Source: Eledone cirrhosa
Lineage: Eukaryota
Direction: 5' to 3'
Length of the DNA stretch: 64,000 bases
Assembly (NCBI GenBank): GCA_964016885.1
Contig: OZ024750.1
Coordinates: 41,106,001 to 41,170,000 of the forward strand
Shown: positions 39,001 to 54,000 of the stretch, piece after piece
Position numbering within the stretch: position 1 is the first letter of the stretch
Layout of the letters: each line of letters opens with the position of its first letter
Notes under the pieces: generated by a model
What the model was told of the DNA's origin: nothing
The model's input: only the letters and a program-made list of their open reading frames with translations
Database searches by the model: none
Made by a program: the position numbers and the translations under genes

Positions 39001-42000
39001 TTGAGGATTTGAGGGGACATGAGAGTGAAATCACTAGCAAGAGATTTGAGGGGACATGAGAGTGAAATCACTAGCAAGGGATTTGAGGGGACATGAGAGT
39101 GAAATCACTAGCAAGAGATTTGAGGGGACATGAGAGTGAAATCACTAGCAAGGGATTTGAGGGGACAGGAGAATGAAATCACTAGCAAGGGATTTGAGGA
39201 GTCATGAGAGTGAAATCCCTAGCAAGAGATTTGAGGGGACACAAGAGTGAAATCACTAGCAAGAGGTTTGAGGATCTGAGGGACATGAGAGTGAAATCAC
39301 TAGCAAGGGATTTGAGGTGTCATGAGAGTGCAATCTCTAGCAAGAGATTTGAGGGGACATGAGAGTGAAATCACTAGCAAGAGATTTGAGGGGACATGAG
39401 AGTGAAATCACTAGCAAAGGATTTGAGGATTTGAGGGGACATGAGAGTGAAATCACTAGCAAGAGATTTGAGGGGACATGAGAGTGAAATCACGAGCAAG
39501 GGATTTGAGGGGACATGAGAGTGAAATCTCTAGGAAGGGATTTGAGGGGACATGAGAGTGAAATCACTAGCAAGAGATTTGAGGGCAAATGAGAGTTTAA
39601 TCACTAGCAAGATATTTGAGGATTTGAGGGGACATGAGAGTGAAATCACTAGCAAGAGATTTGAGGGGACATGAGAGTGAAATCACTAGCAAGGGATTTG
39701 AGGGGACATGAGAGTGAAATCACTAGCAAGGGATTTGAGGGGACATGAGGGTGAAATCTCTAGGAAGGGATTTGAGGGGACATGAGAGTGAAATCACTAG
39801 CAAGAGATTTGAGGGGACATGAGAGTGAAATCACTAGCAAGAGATTTGAGGGGACATGAGAGTGAAATCACTAGCAAGGGATTTGAGGATTTGAGGGGAC
39901 ATGAGAGTGAAATCACTAGCAAGAGATTTGAGGGGATATGAGAGTGAAATCACTAGCAAGAGATTTGAGGGGACATGAGAGTGAAATCACTAGCAAGGGA
40001 TTTGAGGATTTGAGGGGACATGAGAGTGAAATCACTAGCAAGGGATTTGAGGATTTGATGGGACATGAGAGTGAAATCACTAGCAAGAGATTTGAGGGGA
40101 CATGAGAGTGAAATCACTAGGAATAGATTTGAGGGGACATGAGAGTGAAATCACTAGAAAGAGATTTGAGGGGACATGAGAGTGAAATCCCTAGCAAGAT
40201 ATTTGAGGGGACGTGAGAGTGAAATCACTAGCAAGGGATTTGAGGATTTGAGGGGACATGAGAGTGAAATCACTAGGAATAGATTTGAGGGGACATGAGA
40301 GTGAAATCACTAGCAAGGGATTTGAGGGGACATGAGAGTGAAATCACTAGCAAGAGATTTGAGGGGACATGAGAGTGAAATCACTAGCAAGGGATTTGAG
40401 GATTTGAGGGGACATGAGAGTGAAATCACTAGCAAGAGATTTGAGGGGACATGAGAGTGAAATCACTAGCAAGGGATTTGAGGGGACATGAGAGTGAAAT
40501 CACTAGCAAGGGATTTGAGGGGACAGGAGAGTGAAATCACTAGCAAGGGCTTTGAGGAGTCATGAGAGTGAAATCCCTAGCAAGAGATTTGAGGGGACAC
40601 AAGAGTGAAATGACTAGCAAGAGGTTTGAGGATTTGAGGGACATGAGAGTGAAATCACTAGCAAGGGATTTGAGGTGTCATGAGAGTGCAATCTCTAGCA
40701 AGAGATTTGAGGGGACATGAGAGTGAAATCACTAGCAAGGGATTTGAGGGGACATGAGAGTGAAATCTCTAGGAAGGGATTTGAGGGGACATGAGAGTGA
40801 AATCACTAGCAAGGGATTTGAGGGGTCATGAGAGTGAAATCTCTAGGAAGGGATTTGAGGGGATATGAGAGAGAAATCACTAGCAAGAGATTTGAGGGGA
40901 CATGAGAGTGAAATCACTAGCAAGAGATTTGAGGGGACATGAGAGTGAAATCACTAACAAGGGATTTGAGGATTTGAGGGGACATGAGAGTGAAATCACT
41001 AGCAAGAGATTTGAGGGGACATGAGAGTGAAATCACGAGCAAGGGATTTGAGGGGACATGAGATTGAAATCTCTAGGAAGGGATTTGAGGGGACATGAGA
41101 GTGAAATCACTAGCAAGAGATTTGAGGGGACATGAGAGTGAAATCACTAGCAAGAGATTTGAGGATTTGAGGGGACATGAGAGTGAAATCACTAGCAAGA
41201 GATTTGAGGGGACATGAGAGTGAAATCACTAGCAAGGGATTTGAGGGGACATGAGAGTGAAATCACTAGCAAGAGATTTGAGGGGACATGAGAGTGAAAT
41301 CACTAGCAAGGGATTTGAGGGGACAGGAGAATGAAATCACTAGCAAGGGATTTGAGGAGTCATGAGAGTGAAATCCCTAGCAAGAGATTTGAGGGGACAC
41401 AAGAGTGAAATCACTAGCAAGAGGTTTGAGGATCTGAGGGACATGAGAGTGAAATCACTAGCAAGGGATTTGAGGTGTCATGAGAGTGCAATCTCTAGCA
41501 AGAGATTTGAGGGGACATGAGAGTGAAATCACTAGCAAGAGATTTGAGGGGACATGAGAGTGAAATCACTAGCAAAGGATTTGAGGATTTGAGGGGACAT
41601 GAGAGTGAAATCACTAGCAAGAGATTTGAGGGGACATGAGAGTGAAATCACGAGCAAGGGATTTGAGGGGACATGAGAGTGAAATCTCTAGGAAGGGATT
41701 TGAGGGGACATGAGAGTGAAATCACTAGCAAGAGATTTGAGGGCAAATGAGAGTTTAATCACTAGCAAGAGATTTGAGGATTTGAGGGGACATGAGAGTG
41801 AAATCACTAGCAAGAGATTTGAGGGGACATGAGAGTGAAATCACTAGCAAGGGATTTGAGGGGACATGAGAGTGAAATCACTAGCAAGAGATTTGAGGGG
41901 ACATGAGAGTGAAATCACTAGCAAGGGATTTGAGGGGACATGAGGGTGAAATCTCTAGGAAGGGATTTGAGGGGACATGAGAGTGAAATCACTAGCAAGA

Positions 42001-45000
42001 GATTTGAGGGGACATGAGAGTGAAATCACTAGCAAGAGATTTGAGGGGACATGAGAGTGAAATCACTAGCAAGGGATTTGAGGATTTGAGGGGACATGAG
42101 AGTGAAATCACTAGCAAGAGATTTGAGGGGACATGAGAGTGAAATCACTAGCAAGGGATTTGAGGGGACATGAGAGTGAAATCTCTAGGAAGGGATTTGA
42201 GGGGATATGAGAGTGAAATCACTAGCAAGAGATTTGAGGGGACATGAGAGTGAAATCACTAGCAAGGGATTTGAGGATTTGAGGGGACATGAGAGTGAAA
42301 TCACTAGCAAGGGATTTGAGGATTTGATGGGACATGAGAGTGAAATCACTAGCAAGAGATTTGAGGGGACATGAGAGTGAAATCACTAGGAATAGATTTG
42401 AGGGGACATGAGAGTGAAATCACTAGAAAGAGATTTGAGGGGACATGAGAGTGAAATGCCTAGCAAGATATTTGAGGGGACATGAGAGTGAAATCACTAG
42501 CAAGGGATTTGAGGATTTGAGGGGACATGAGAGTGAAATCACTAGGAATAGATTTGAGGGGACATGAGAGTGAAATCACTAGCAAGAGATTTGAGGGGAC
42601 ATGAGAGTGAAATCACGAGCAAGGGATTTGAGGGGACATGAGATTGAAATCTCTAGGAAGGGATTTGAGGGGACATGAGAGTGAAATCACTAGCAAGAGA
42701 TTTGAGGGGACATGAGAGTGAAATCACTAGCAAGAGATTTGAGGATTTGAGGGGACATGAGAGTGAAATCACTAGCAAGAGATTTGAGGGGACATGAGAG
42801 TGAAATCACTAGCAAGGGATTTGAGGGGACATGAGAGTGAAATCACTAGCAAGAGATTTGAGGGGACATGAGAGTGAAATCACTAGCAAGGGATTTGAGG
42901 GGACAGGAGAATGAAATCACTAGCAAGGGATTTGAGGAGTCATGAGAGTGAAATCCCTAGCAAGAGATTTGAGGGGACACAAGAGTGAAATCACTAGCAA
43001 GAGGTTTGAGGATCTGAGGGACATGAGAGTGAAATCACTAGCAAGGGATTTGAGGTGTCATGAGAGTGCAATCTCTAGCAAGAGATTTGAGGGGACATGA
43101 GAGTGAAATCACTAGCAAGAGATTTGAGGGGACATGAGAGTGAAATCACTAGCAAAGGATTTGAGGATTTGAGGGGACATGAGAGTGAAATCACTAGCAA
43201 GAGATTTGAGGGGACATGAGAGTGAAATCACGAGCAAGGGATTTGAGGGGACATGAGAGTGAAATCTCTAGGAAGGGATTTGAGGGGACATGAGAGTGAA
43301 ATCACTAGCAAGAGATTTGAGGGCAAATGAGAGTTTAATCACTAGCAAGAGATTTGAGGATTTGAGGGGACATGAGAGTGAAATCACTAGCAAGAGATTT
43401 GAGGGGACATGAGAGTGAAATCACTAGCAAGGGATTTGAGGGGACATGAGAGTGAAATCACTAGCAAGAGATTTGAGGGGACATGAGAGTGAAATCACTA
43501 GCAAGGGATTTGAGGGGACATGAGGGTGAAATCTCTAGGAAGGGATTTGAGGGGACATGAGAGTGAAATCACTAGCAAGAGATTTGAGGGGACATGAGAG
43601 TGAAATCACTAGCAAGAGATTTGAGGGGACATGAGAGTGAAATCACTAGCAAGGGATTTGAGGATTTGAGGGGACATGAGAGTGAAATCACTAGCAAGAG
43701 ATTTGAGGGGACATGAGAGTGAAATCACTAGCAAGGGATTTGAGGGGACATGAGAGTGAAATCTCTAGGAAGGGATTTGAGGGGATATGAGAGTGAAATC
43801 ACTAGCAAGAGATTTGAGGGGACATGAGAGTGAAATCACTAGCAAGGGATTTGAGGATTTGAGGGGACATGAGAGTGAAATCACTAGCAAGGGATTTGAG
43901 GATTTGATGGGACATGAGAGTGAAATCACTAGCAAGAGATTTGAGGGGACATGAGAGTGAAATCACTAGGAATAGATTTGAGGGGACATGAGAGTGAAAT
44001 CACTAGAAAGAGATTTGAGGGGACATGAGAGTGAAATGCCTAGCAAGATATTTGAGGGGACATGAGAGTGAAATCACTAGCAAGGGATTTGAGGATTTGA
44101 GGGGACATGAGAGTGAAATCACTAGGAATAGATTTGAGGGGACATGAGAGTGAAATCACTAGCAAGGGATTTGAGGGGACATGAGAGTGAAATCACTAGC
44201 AAGAGATTTGAGGGGACATGAGAGTGAAATCACTAGCAAGGGATTTGAGGGGACATGAGAGTGAAATCTCTAGGAAGGGATATGAGGGGACATGAGAGTG
44301 AAATAACTAGCAAGAGATTTGAGGATTTGAGGGACATGAGAGTGAAATCACTAGCAAGGGATTTGAGGGGACATGAGAGTGAAATCACTAGCAAGAGATT
44401 TGAGGATTTGAGGGACATGAGAGTGAAATCACTAGCAAGGTATTTGAGGGGACCTGAGAGTGAAATCACTAGGAAGGGATTTGAGGGGACATGAGAGTGA
44501 AATCACTAGCAAGGTATTTGAGGGGACATGAGAGTGAAATCACTAGGAAGGGATTTGAGGGGACATGAGAGTGAAATCACTAGCAAGAGATTTGAGGGGA
44601 CATGAGAGTGAAATCACTAGCAAGGGATTTGATAGGACATGAGAGTGAAATCACTAGCAAGGGATTTGAGGGGACATGAGAGTGAAATCACTAGCAAGAG
44701 ATTTGAGAGGATATGAGAGTGAAATCACTAGCAAGGGATTTGAGGATTTGAGGGACATGAGAGTGAAATCACTAGCAAAGGATTTGAGGTGTCATGAGAG
44801 TGCAATCTCTAGCAAGAGATTTGAGGGGACATGAGAGTGAAATCACTAGCAAGGGATTTGAGGGGACATGAGAGTGAAATCTCTAGGAAGGGATTTGAGG
44901 GGATATGAGAGTGAAATCACTAGCAAGAGATTTGAGGGGACATGAGAGTGAAATCACTAGCAAGGGATTTGAGGATTTGAGGGGACATGAGAGTGAAATC

Positions 45001-48000
45001 ACTAGCAAGGGATTTGAGGATTTGATGGGACATGAGAGTGAAATCACTAGCAAGAGATTTGAGGGGACATGAGAGTGAAATCACTAGGAATAGATTTGAG
45101 GGGACATGAGAGTGAAATCACTAGAAAGAGATTTGAGGGGACATGAGAGTGAAATCCCTAGCAAGATATTTGAGGGGACATGAGAGTGAAATCACTAGCA
45201 AGAGATTTGAGGATTTGAGGGACATGAGAGTGAAATCACTAGCAAGGTATTTGAGGGGACATGAGAGTGAAATCACTAGGAAGGGATTTGAGGGGACATG
45301 AGAGTGAAATCACTAGCAAGGTATTTGAGGGGACATGAGAGTGAAATCACTAGGAAGGGATTTGAGGGGACATGAGAGTGAAATCACTAGCAAGAGATTT
45401 GAGGGGACATGAGAGTGAAATCACTAGCAAGGGATTTGAGGGGACATGAGAGTGAAATCACTAGCAAGGGATTTGAGGGGACATGAGAGTGAAATCACTA
45501 GCAAGAGATTTGAGAGGATATGAGAGTGAAATCACTAGCAAGGGATTTGAGGATTTGAGGGGACATGAGAGTGAAATCACTAGCAAGAGATTTGAGGGGA
45601 CATGAGAGTGAAATCACTAGCAAGGGATTTGAGAGGACACAAGAGTGAAATCACTAGCAAGAGGTTTGAGGATTTGAGGGACATGAGAGTGAAATCACTA
45701 GCAAGGGATTTGAGGTGTCATGAGAGTGCAATCTCTAGCAAGAGATTTGAGGGGACATCAGAGTGAAATCACTAGCAAGGGATTTGAGGGGACATGAGAG
45801 TGAAATCTCTAGGAAGGGATTTGAGGGGATATGAGAGTGAAATCACTAGCAAGAGATTTGAGGGGACATGAGAGTGAAATCACTAGCAAGAGATTTGAGG
45901 GGACATGAGAGTGAAATCACTAGCAAGGGATTTGAGGATTTGAGGGGACATGAGAGTGAAATCACTAGCAAGAGATTTGAGGGGACATGAGAGTGAAATC
46001 ACTAGCAAGGGATTTGAGGGGACATGAGAGTGAAATCACTAGCAAGGGATTTGAGGGGACAGGAGAGTGAAATCACTAGCAAGGGATTTGAGGAGTCATG
46101 AGAGTGAAATCCCTAGCAAGAGATTTGAGGGGACACAAGAGTGAAATGACTAGCAAGAGGTTTGAGGATTTGAGGGACATGAGAGTGAAATCACTAGCAA
46201 GGGATTTGAGGTGTCATGAGAGTGCAATCTCTAGCAAGAGATTTGAGGGGACATGAGAGTGAAATCACTAGCAAGGGATTTGAGGGGACATGAGAGTGAA
46301 ATCTCTAGGAAGGGATTTGAGGGGACATGAGAGTGAAATCACTAGCAAGGGATTTGAGGGGTCATGAGAGTGAAATCTCTAGGAAGGGATTTGAGGGGAT
46401 ATGAGAGTGAAATCACTAGCAAGAGATTTGAGGGGACATGAGAGTGAAATCACTAGCAAGAGATTTGAGGGGACATGAGAGTGAAATCACTAACAAGGGA
46501 TTTGAGGATTTGAGGGGACATGAGAGTGAAATCACTAGCAAGAGATTTGAGGGGACATGAGAGTGAAATCACGAGCAAGGGATTTGAGGGGACATGAGAT
46601 TGAAATCTCTAGGAAGGGATTTGAGGGGACATGAGAGTGAAATCACTAGCAAGAGATTTGAGGGGACATGAGAGTGAAATCACTAGCAAGAGATTTGAGG
46701 ATTTGAGGGGACATGATAGTGAAATCACTAGCAAGAGATTTGAGGGGACATGAGAGTGAAATCACTAGCAAGGGATTTGAGGGGACATGAGAGTGAAATC
46801 ACTAGCAAGAGATTTGAGGGGACATGAGAGTGAAATCACTAGCAAGGGATTTGAGGGGACAGGAGAATGAAATCACTAGCAAGGGATTTGAGGAGTCATG
46901 AGAGTGAAATCCCTAGCAAGAGATTTGAGGGGACACAAGAGTGAAATCACTAGCAAGAGGTTTGAGGATCTGAGGGACATGAGAGTGAAATCACTAGCAA
47001 GGGATTTGAGGTGTCATGAGAGTGCAATCTCTAGCAAGAGATTTGAGGGGACATGAGAGTGAAATCACTAGCAAGGGATTTGAGGGGACATGAGAGTGAA
47101 ATCTCTAGGAAGGGATATGAGGGGACATGAGAGTGAAATAACTAGCAAGAGATTTGAGGATTTGAGGGACATGAGAGTGAAATCACTAGCAAGGGATTTG
47201 AGGGGACATGAGAGTGAAATCACTAGCAAGAGATTTGAGGATTTGAGGGACATGAGAGTGAAATCACTAGCAAGGTATTTGAGGGGACATGAGAGTGAAA
47301 TCACTAGGAAGGGATTTGAGGGGACATGAGAGTGAAATCACTAGCAAGGTATTTGAGGGGACATGAGAGTGAAATCACTAGGAAGGGATTTGAGGGGACA
47401 TGAGAGTGAAATCACTAGCAAGAGATTTGAGGGGACATGAGAGTGAAATCACTAGCAAGGGATTTGAGGGGACATGAGAGTGAAATCACTAGCAAGAGAT
47501 TTGAGAGGATATGAGAGTGAAATCACTAGCAAGGGATTTGAGGATTTGAGGGGACATGAGAGTGAAATCACTAGCAAGAGATTTGAGGGGACATGAGAGT
47601 GAAATCACTAGCAAGGGATTTGAGGAGTCATGAGAGTGAAATCCCTAGCAAGAGATTTGAGGGGACACAAGAGTGAAATCACTAGCAAGAGGTTTGAGGA
47701 TTTGAGGGACATGAGAGTGAAATCACTAGCAAGGGATTTGAGGTGTCATGAGAGTGAAATCTCTAGGAAGGGATTTGAGGGGATATGAGAGTGAAATCAC
47801 TAGCAAGAGATTTGAGGGGACATGAGAGTGAAATCACTAGCAAGAGATTTGAGGGGACAGGAGAGTGAAATCACTAGCAAGGGATTTGAGGAGTCATGAG
47901 AGTGAAATCCCTAGCAAGAGATTTGAGGGGACACAAGAGTGAAATGACTAGCAAGAGGTTTGAGGATTTGAGGGACATGAGAGTGAAATCACTAGCAAGG

Positions 48001-51000
48001 GATTTGAGGTGTCATGAGAGTGCAATCTCTAGCAAGAGATTTGAGGGGACATGAGAGTGAAATCACTAGCAAGGGATTTGAGGGGACATGAGAGTGAAAT
48101 CTCTAGGAAGGGATTTGAGGGGACATGAGAGTGAAATCACTAGCAAGGGATTTGAGGGGTCATGAGAGTGAAATCTCTAGGAAGGGATTTGAGGGGATAT
48201 GAGAGTGAAATCACTAGCAAGAGATTTGAGGGGACATGAGAGTGAAATCACTAGCAAGAGATTTGAGGGGACATGAGAGTGAAATCACTAACAAGGGATT
48301 TGAGGATTTGAGGGGACATGAGAGTGAAATCACTAGCAAGAGATTTGAGGGGACATGAGAGTGAAATCACGAGCAAGGGATTTGAGGGGACATGAGAGTG
48401 AAATCTCTAGGAAGGGATTTGAGGGGACATGAGAGTGAAATCACTAGCAAGAGATTTGAGGGGACATGAGGGTGAAATCTCTAGGAAGGGATTTGAGGGG
48501 ACATGAGAGTGAAATCACTAGCAAGAGATTTGAGGGGACATGAGAGTGAAATCACTAGCAAGAGATTTGAGGGGACATGAGAGTGAAATCACTAGCAAGG
48601 GATTTGAGGATTTGAGGGGACATGAGAGTGAAATCACTAGCAAGAGATTTGAGGGGACATGAGAGTGAAATCACTAGCAAGGGATTTGAGGGGACATGAG
48701 AGTGAAATCTCTAGGAAGGGATTTGAGGGGATATAAGAGTGAAATCACTAGAAAGAGATTTGAGGGGACATGAGAGTGAAATCCCTAGCAAGATATTTGA
48801 GGGGACATGAGAGTGAAATCACTAGCAAGGGATTTGAGGATTTGAGGGGACATGAGAGTGAAATCACTAGGAATAGATTTGAGGGGACATGAGAGTGAAA
48901 TCACTAGCAAGAGATTTGAGGGGACATGAGAGTGAAATCACTAGCAAGAGATTTGAGGGGACATGAGAGTGAAATCACTAGCAAGGGATTTGAGGATTTG
49001 AGGGGACATGAGAGTGAAATCACTAGCAAGGGATTTGAGGATTTGATGGGACATGAGAGTGAAATCACTAGCAAGAGATTTGAGGGGACATGAGAGTGAA
49101 ATCACTAGGAATAGATTTGAGGGGACATGAGAGTGAAATCACTAGAAAGAGATTTGAGGGGACATGAGAGTGAAATCCCTAGCAAGATATTTGAGGGGAC
49201 ATGAGAGTGAAATCACTAGCAAGGGATTTGAGGATTTGAGGGGACATGAGAGTGAAATCACTAGGAATAGATTTGAGGGGACATGAGAGTGAAATCACTA
49301 GCAAGGGATTTGAGGGGACATGAGAGTGAAATCACTAGCAAGAGATTTGAGGGGACATGAGAGTGAAATCACTAGCAAGGGATTTGAGGGGACATGAGAG
49401 TGAAATCTCTAGGAAGGGATATGAGGGGACATGAGAGTGAAATAACTAGCAAGAGATTTGAGGATTTGAGGGACATGAGAGTGAAATCACTAGCAAGGGA
49501 TTTGAGGGGACATGAGAGTGAAATCACTAGCAAGAGATTTGAGGATTTGAGGGACATGAGAGTGAAATCACTAGCAAGGTATTTGAGGGGACATGAGAGT
49601 GAAATCACTAGGAAGGAATTTGAGGGGACATGAGAGTGAAATCACTAGCAAGGTATTTGAGGGGACATGAGAGTGAAATCACTAGGAAGGGATTTGAGGG
49701 GACATGAGAGTGAAATCACTAGCAAGAGATTTGAGGGGACATGAGAGTGAAATCACTAGCAAGGGATTTGATAGGACATGAGAGTGAAATCACTAGCAAG
49801 GGATTTGAGGGGACATGAGAGTGAAATCACTAGCAAGAGATTTGAGAGGATATGAGAGTGAAATCACTAGCAAGGGATTTGAGGATTTGAGGGGACATGA
49901 GAGTGAAATCACTAGCAAGAGATTTGAGGGGACATGAGAGTGAAATCACTAGCAAGGGATTTGAGGAGTCATGAGAGTGAAATCCCTAGCAAGAGATTTG
50001 AGGGGACACAAGAGTGAAATCACTAGCAAGAAGTTTGAGGATTTGAGGGACATGAGAGTGAAATCACTAGCAAGGGATTTGAGGTGTCATGAGAGTGCAA
50101 TCTCTAGCAAGAGATTTGAGGGGACATGAGAGTGAAATCACTAGCAAGGGATTTGAGGGGACATGAGAGTGAAATCTCTAGGAAGGGATTTGAGGGGATA
50201 TGAGAGTGAAATCACTAGCAAGAGATTTGAGGGGACATGAGAGTGAAATCACTAGCAAGGGATTTGAGGATTTGAGGGGACATGAGAGTGAAATCACTAG
50301 CAAGGGATTTGAGGATTTGATGGGACATGAGAGTGAAATCACTAGCAAGAGATTTGAGGGGACATGAGAGTGAAATCACTAGGAATAGATTTGAGGGGAC
50401 ATGAGAGTGAAATCACTAGAAAGAGATTTGAGGGGACATGAGAGTGAAATCCCTAGCAAGATATTTGAGGGGACATGAGAGTGAAATCACTAGCAAGGGA
50501 TTTGAGGATTTGAGGGGACATGAGAGTGAAATCACTAGCAAGAGATTTGAGGGGACATGAGAGTGAAATCACTAGGAATAGATTTGAGGGGACATGAGAG
50601 TGAAATCACTAGCAAGGGATTTGAGGGGACATGAGAGTGAAATCACTAGCAAGAGATTTGAGGGGACATGAGAGTGAAATCACTAGCAAGGGATTTGAGG
50701 GGACATGAGAGTGAAATCTCTAGGAAGGGATATGAGGGGACATGAGAGTGAAATAACTAGCAAGAGATTTGAGGATTTGAGGGACATGAGAGTGAAATCA
50801 CTAGCAAGGGATTTGAGGGGACATGAGAGTGAAATCACTAGCAAGAGATTTGAGGATTTGAGGGACATGAGAGTGAAATCACTAGCAAGGTATTTGAGGG
50901 GACATGAGAGTGAAATCACTAGGAAGGGATTTGAGGGGACATGAGAGTGAAATCACTAGCAAGGTATTTGAGGGGACATGAGAGTGAAATCACTAGGAAG

Positions 51001-54000
51001 GGATTTGAGGGGACATGAGAGTGAAATCACTAGCAAGAGATTTGAGGGGACATGAGAGTGAAATCACTAGCAAGGGATTTGAGGGGACATGAGAGTGAAA
51101 TCACTAGCAAGAGATTTGAGAGGATATGAGAGTGAAATCACTAGCAAGGGATTTGAGGATTTGAGGGGACATGAGAGTGAAATCACTAGCAAGAGATTTG
51201 AGGGGACATGAGAGTGAAATCACTAGCAAGGGATTTGAGGAGTCATGAGAGTGAAATCCCTAGCAAGAGATTTGAGGGGACACAAGAGTGAAATCACTAG
51301 CAAGAGGTTTGAGGATTTGAGGGACATGAGAGTGAAATCACTAGCAAGGGATTTGAGGTGTCATGAGAGTGAAATCTCTAGGAAGGGATTTGAGGGGATA
51401 TGAGAGTGAAATCACTAGCAAGAGATTTGAGGGGACATGAGAGTGAAATCACTAGCAAGAGATTTGAGGGGACAGGAGAGTGAAATCACTAGCAAGGGAT
51501 TTGAGGAGTCATGAGAGTGAAATCCCTAGCAAGAGATTTGAGGGGACACAAGAGTGAAATGACTAGCAAGAGGTTTGAGGATTTGAGGGACATGAGAGTG
51601 AAATCACTAGCAAGGGATTTGAGGTGTCATGAGAGTGCAATCTCTAGCAAGAGATTTGAGGGGACATGAGAGTGAAATCACTAGCAAGGGATTTGAGGGG
51701 ACATGAGAGTGAAATCTCTAGGAAGGGATTTGAGGGGACATGAGAGTGAAATCACTAGCAAGGGATTTGAGGGGTCATGAGAGTGAAATCTCTAGGAAGG
51801 GATTTGAGGGGATATGAGAGTGAAATCACTAGCAAGAGATTTGAGGGGACATGAGAGTGAAATCACTAGCAAGAGATTTGAGGGGACATGAGAGTGAAAT
51901 CACTAACAAGGGATTTGAGGATTTGAGGGGACATGAGAGTGAAATCACTAGCAAGAGATTTGAGGGGACATGAGAGTGAAATCACGAGCAAGGGATTTGA
52001 GGGGACATGAGAGTGAAATCTCTAGGAAGGGATTTGAGGGGACATGAGAGTGAAATCACTAGCAAGAGATTTGAGGGCACATGAGAGTGAAATCACTAGC
52101 AAGAGATTTGAGGATTTGAGGGGACATGAGAGTGAAATCACTAGCAAGAGATTTGAGGGGACATGAGAGTGAAATCACTAGCAAGGGATTTGAGGGGACA
52201 TGAGAGTGAAATCACTAGCAAGAGATTTGAGGAGACATGAGAGTGAAATCACTAGCAAGGGATTTCAGGGGACAGGAGAGTGAAATCACTAGCAAGGGAT
52301 TTGAGGAGTCATGAGAGTGAAATCCCTAGCAAGAGATTTGAGGGGACACAAGAGTGAAATCACTAGCAAGAGGTTTGAGGATATGAGGTACATGAGAGTG
52401 AAATCACTAGCAAGAGATTTGAGGGGACATGAGAGTGAAATCACTAGCAAGGGATTTGAGGAGTCATGAGAGTGAAATCCCTAGCAAGAGATTTGAGGGG
52501 ACACAAGAGTGAAATCACTAGCAAGAGGTTTGAGGATTTGAGGGACATGAGAGTGAAATCACTAGCAAGGGATTTGAGGTGTCATGAGAGTGCAATCTCT
52601 AGCAAGAGATTTGAGGGGACATGAGAGTGAAATCACTAGCAAGGGATTTGAGGGGACATGAGAGTGAAATCTCTAGGAAGGGATTTGAGGGGATATGAGA
52701 GTGAAATCACTAGCAAGAGATTTGAGGGGACATGAGAGTGAAATCACTAGCAAGAGATTTGAGGGGACATGAGAGTGAAATCACTAGCAAGGGATTTGAG
52801 GATTTGAGGGGACATGAGAGTGAAATCACTAGCAAGAGATTTGAGGGGACATGAGAGTGAAATCACTAGCAAGGGATTTGAGGGGACATGAGAGTGAAAT
52901 CACTAGCAAGGGATTTGAGGGGACAGGAGAGTGAAATCACTAGCAAGGGATTTGAGGAGTCATGAGAGTGAAATCCCTAGCAAGAGATTTGAGGGGACAC
53001 AAGAGTGAAATGACTAGCAAGTGGTTTGAGGATTTGAGGGACATGAGAGTGAAATCACTAGCAAGGGATTTGAGGTGTCATGAGAGTGCAATCTCTAGCA
53101 AGAGATTTGAGGGGACATGAGAGTGAAATCACTAGCAAGGGATTTGAGGGGACATGAGAGTGAAATCTCTAGGAAGGGATTTGAGGGGACATGAGAGTGA
53201 AATCACTAGCAAGGGATTTGAGGGGTCATGAGAGTGAAATCTCTAGGAAGGGATTTGAGGGTATATGAGAGTGAAATCACTAGCAAGAGATTTTAGGGGA
53301 CATGAGAGTGAAATCACTAGCAAAGGATTTGAGGATTTGAGGGGACATGAGAGTGAAATCACTAGCAAGAGATTTGAGGGGACATGAGAGTGAAATCACG
53401 AGCAAGGGATTTGAGGGGACATGAGAGTGAAATCTCTAGGAAGGGATTTGAGGGGACATGAGAGTGAAATCACTAGCAAGAGATTTGAGGGCAAATGAGA
53501 GTTTAATCACTAGCAAGAGATTTGAGGATTTGAGGGGACATGAGAGTGAAATCACTAGCAAGAGATTTGAGGGGATATGAGAGTGAAATCACTAGCAAGA
53601 GATTTGAGGGGACATGAGAGTGAAATCACTAGCAAGAGATTTGAGGGGACATGAGAGTGAAATCACTAACAAGGGATTTGAGGATTTGAGGGGACATGAG
53701 AGTGAAATCACTAGCAAGAGATTTGAGGGGACATGAGAGTGAAATCACGAGCAAGGGATTTGAGGGGACATGAGATTGAAATCTCTAGGAAGGGATTTGA
53801 GGGGACATGAGAGTGAAATCACTAGCAAGAGATTTGAGGGGACATGAGAGTGAAATCACTAGCAAGAGATTTGAGGATTTGAGGGGACATGATAGTGAAA
53901 TCACTAGCAAGAGATTTGAGGGGACATGAGAGTGAAATCACTAGCAAGGGATTTGAGGGGACATGAGAGTGAAATCACTAGCAAGAGATTTGAGGGGACA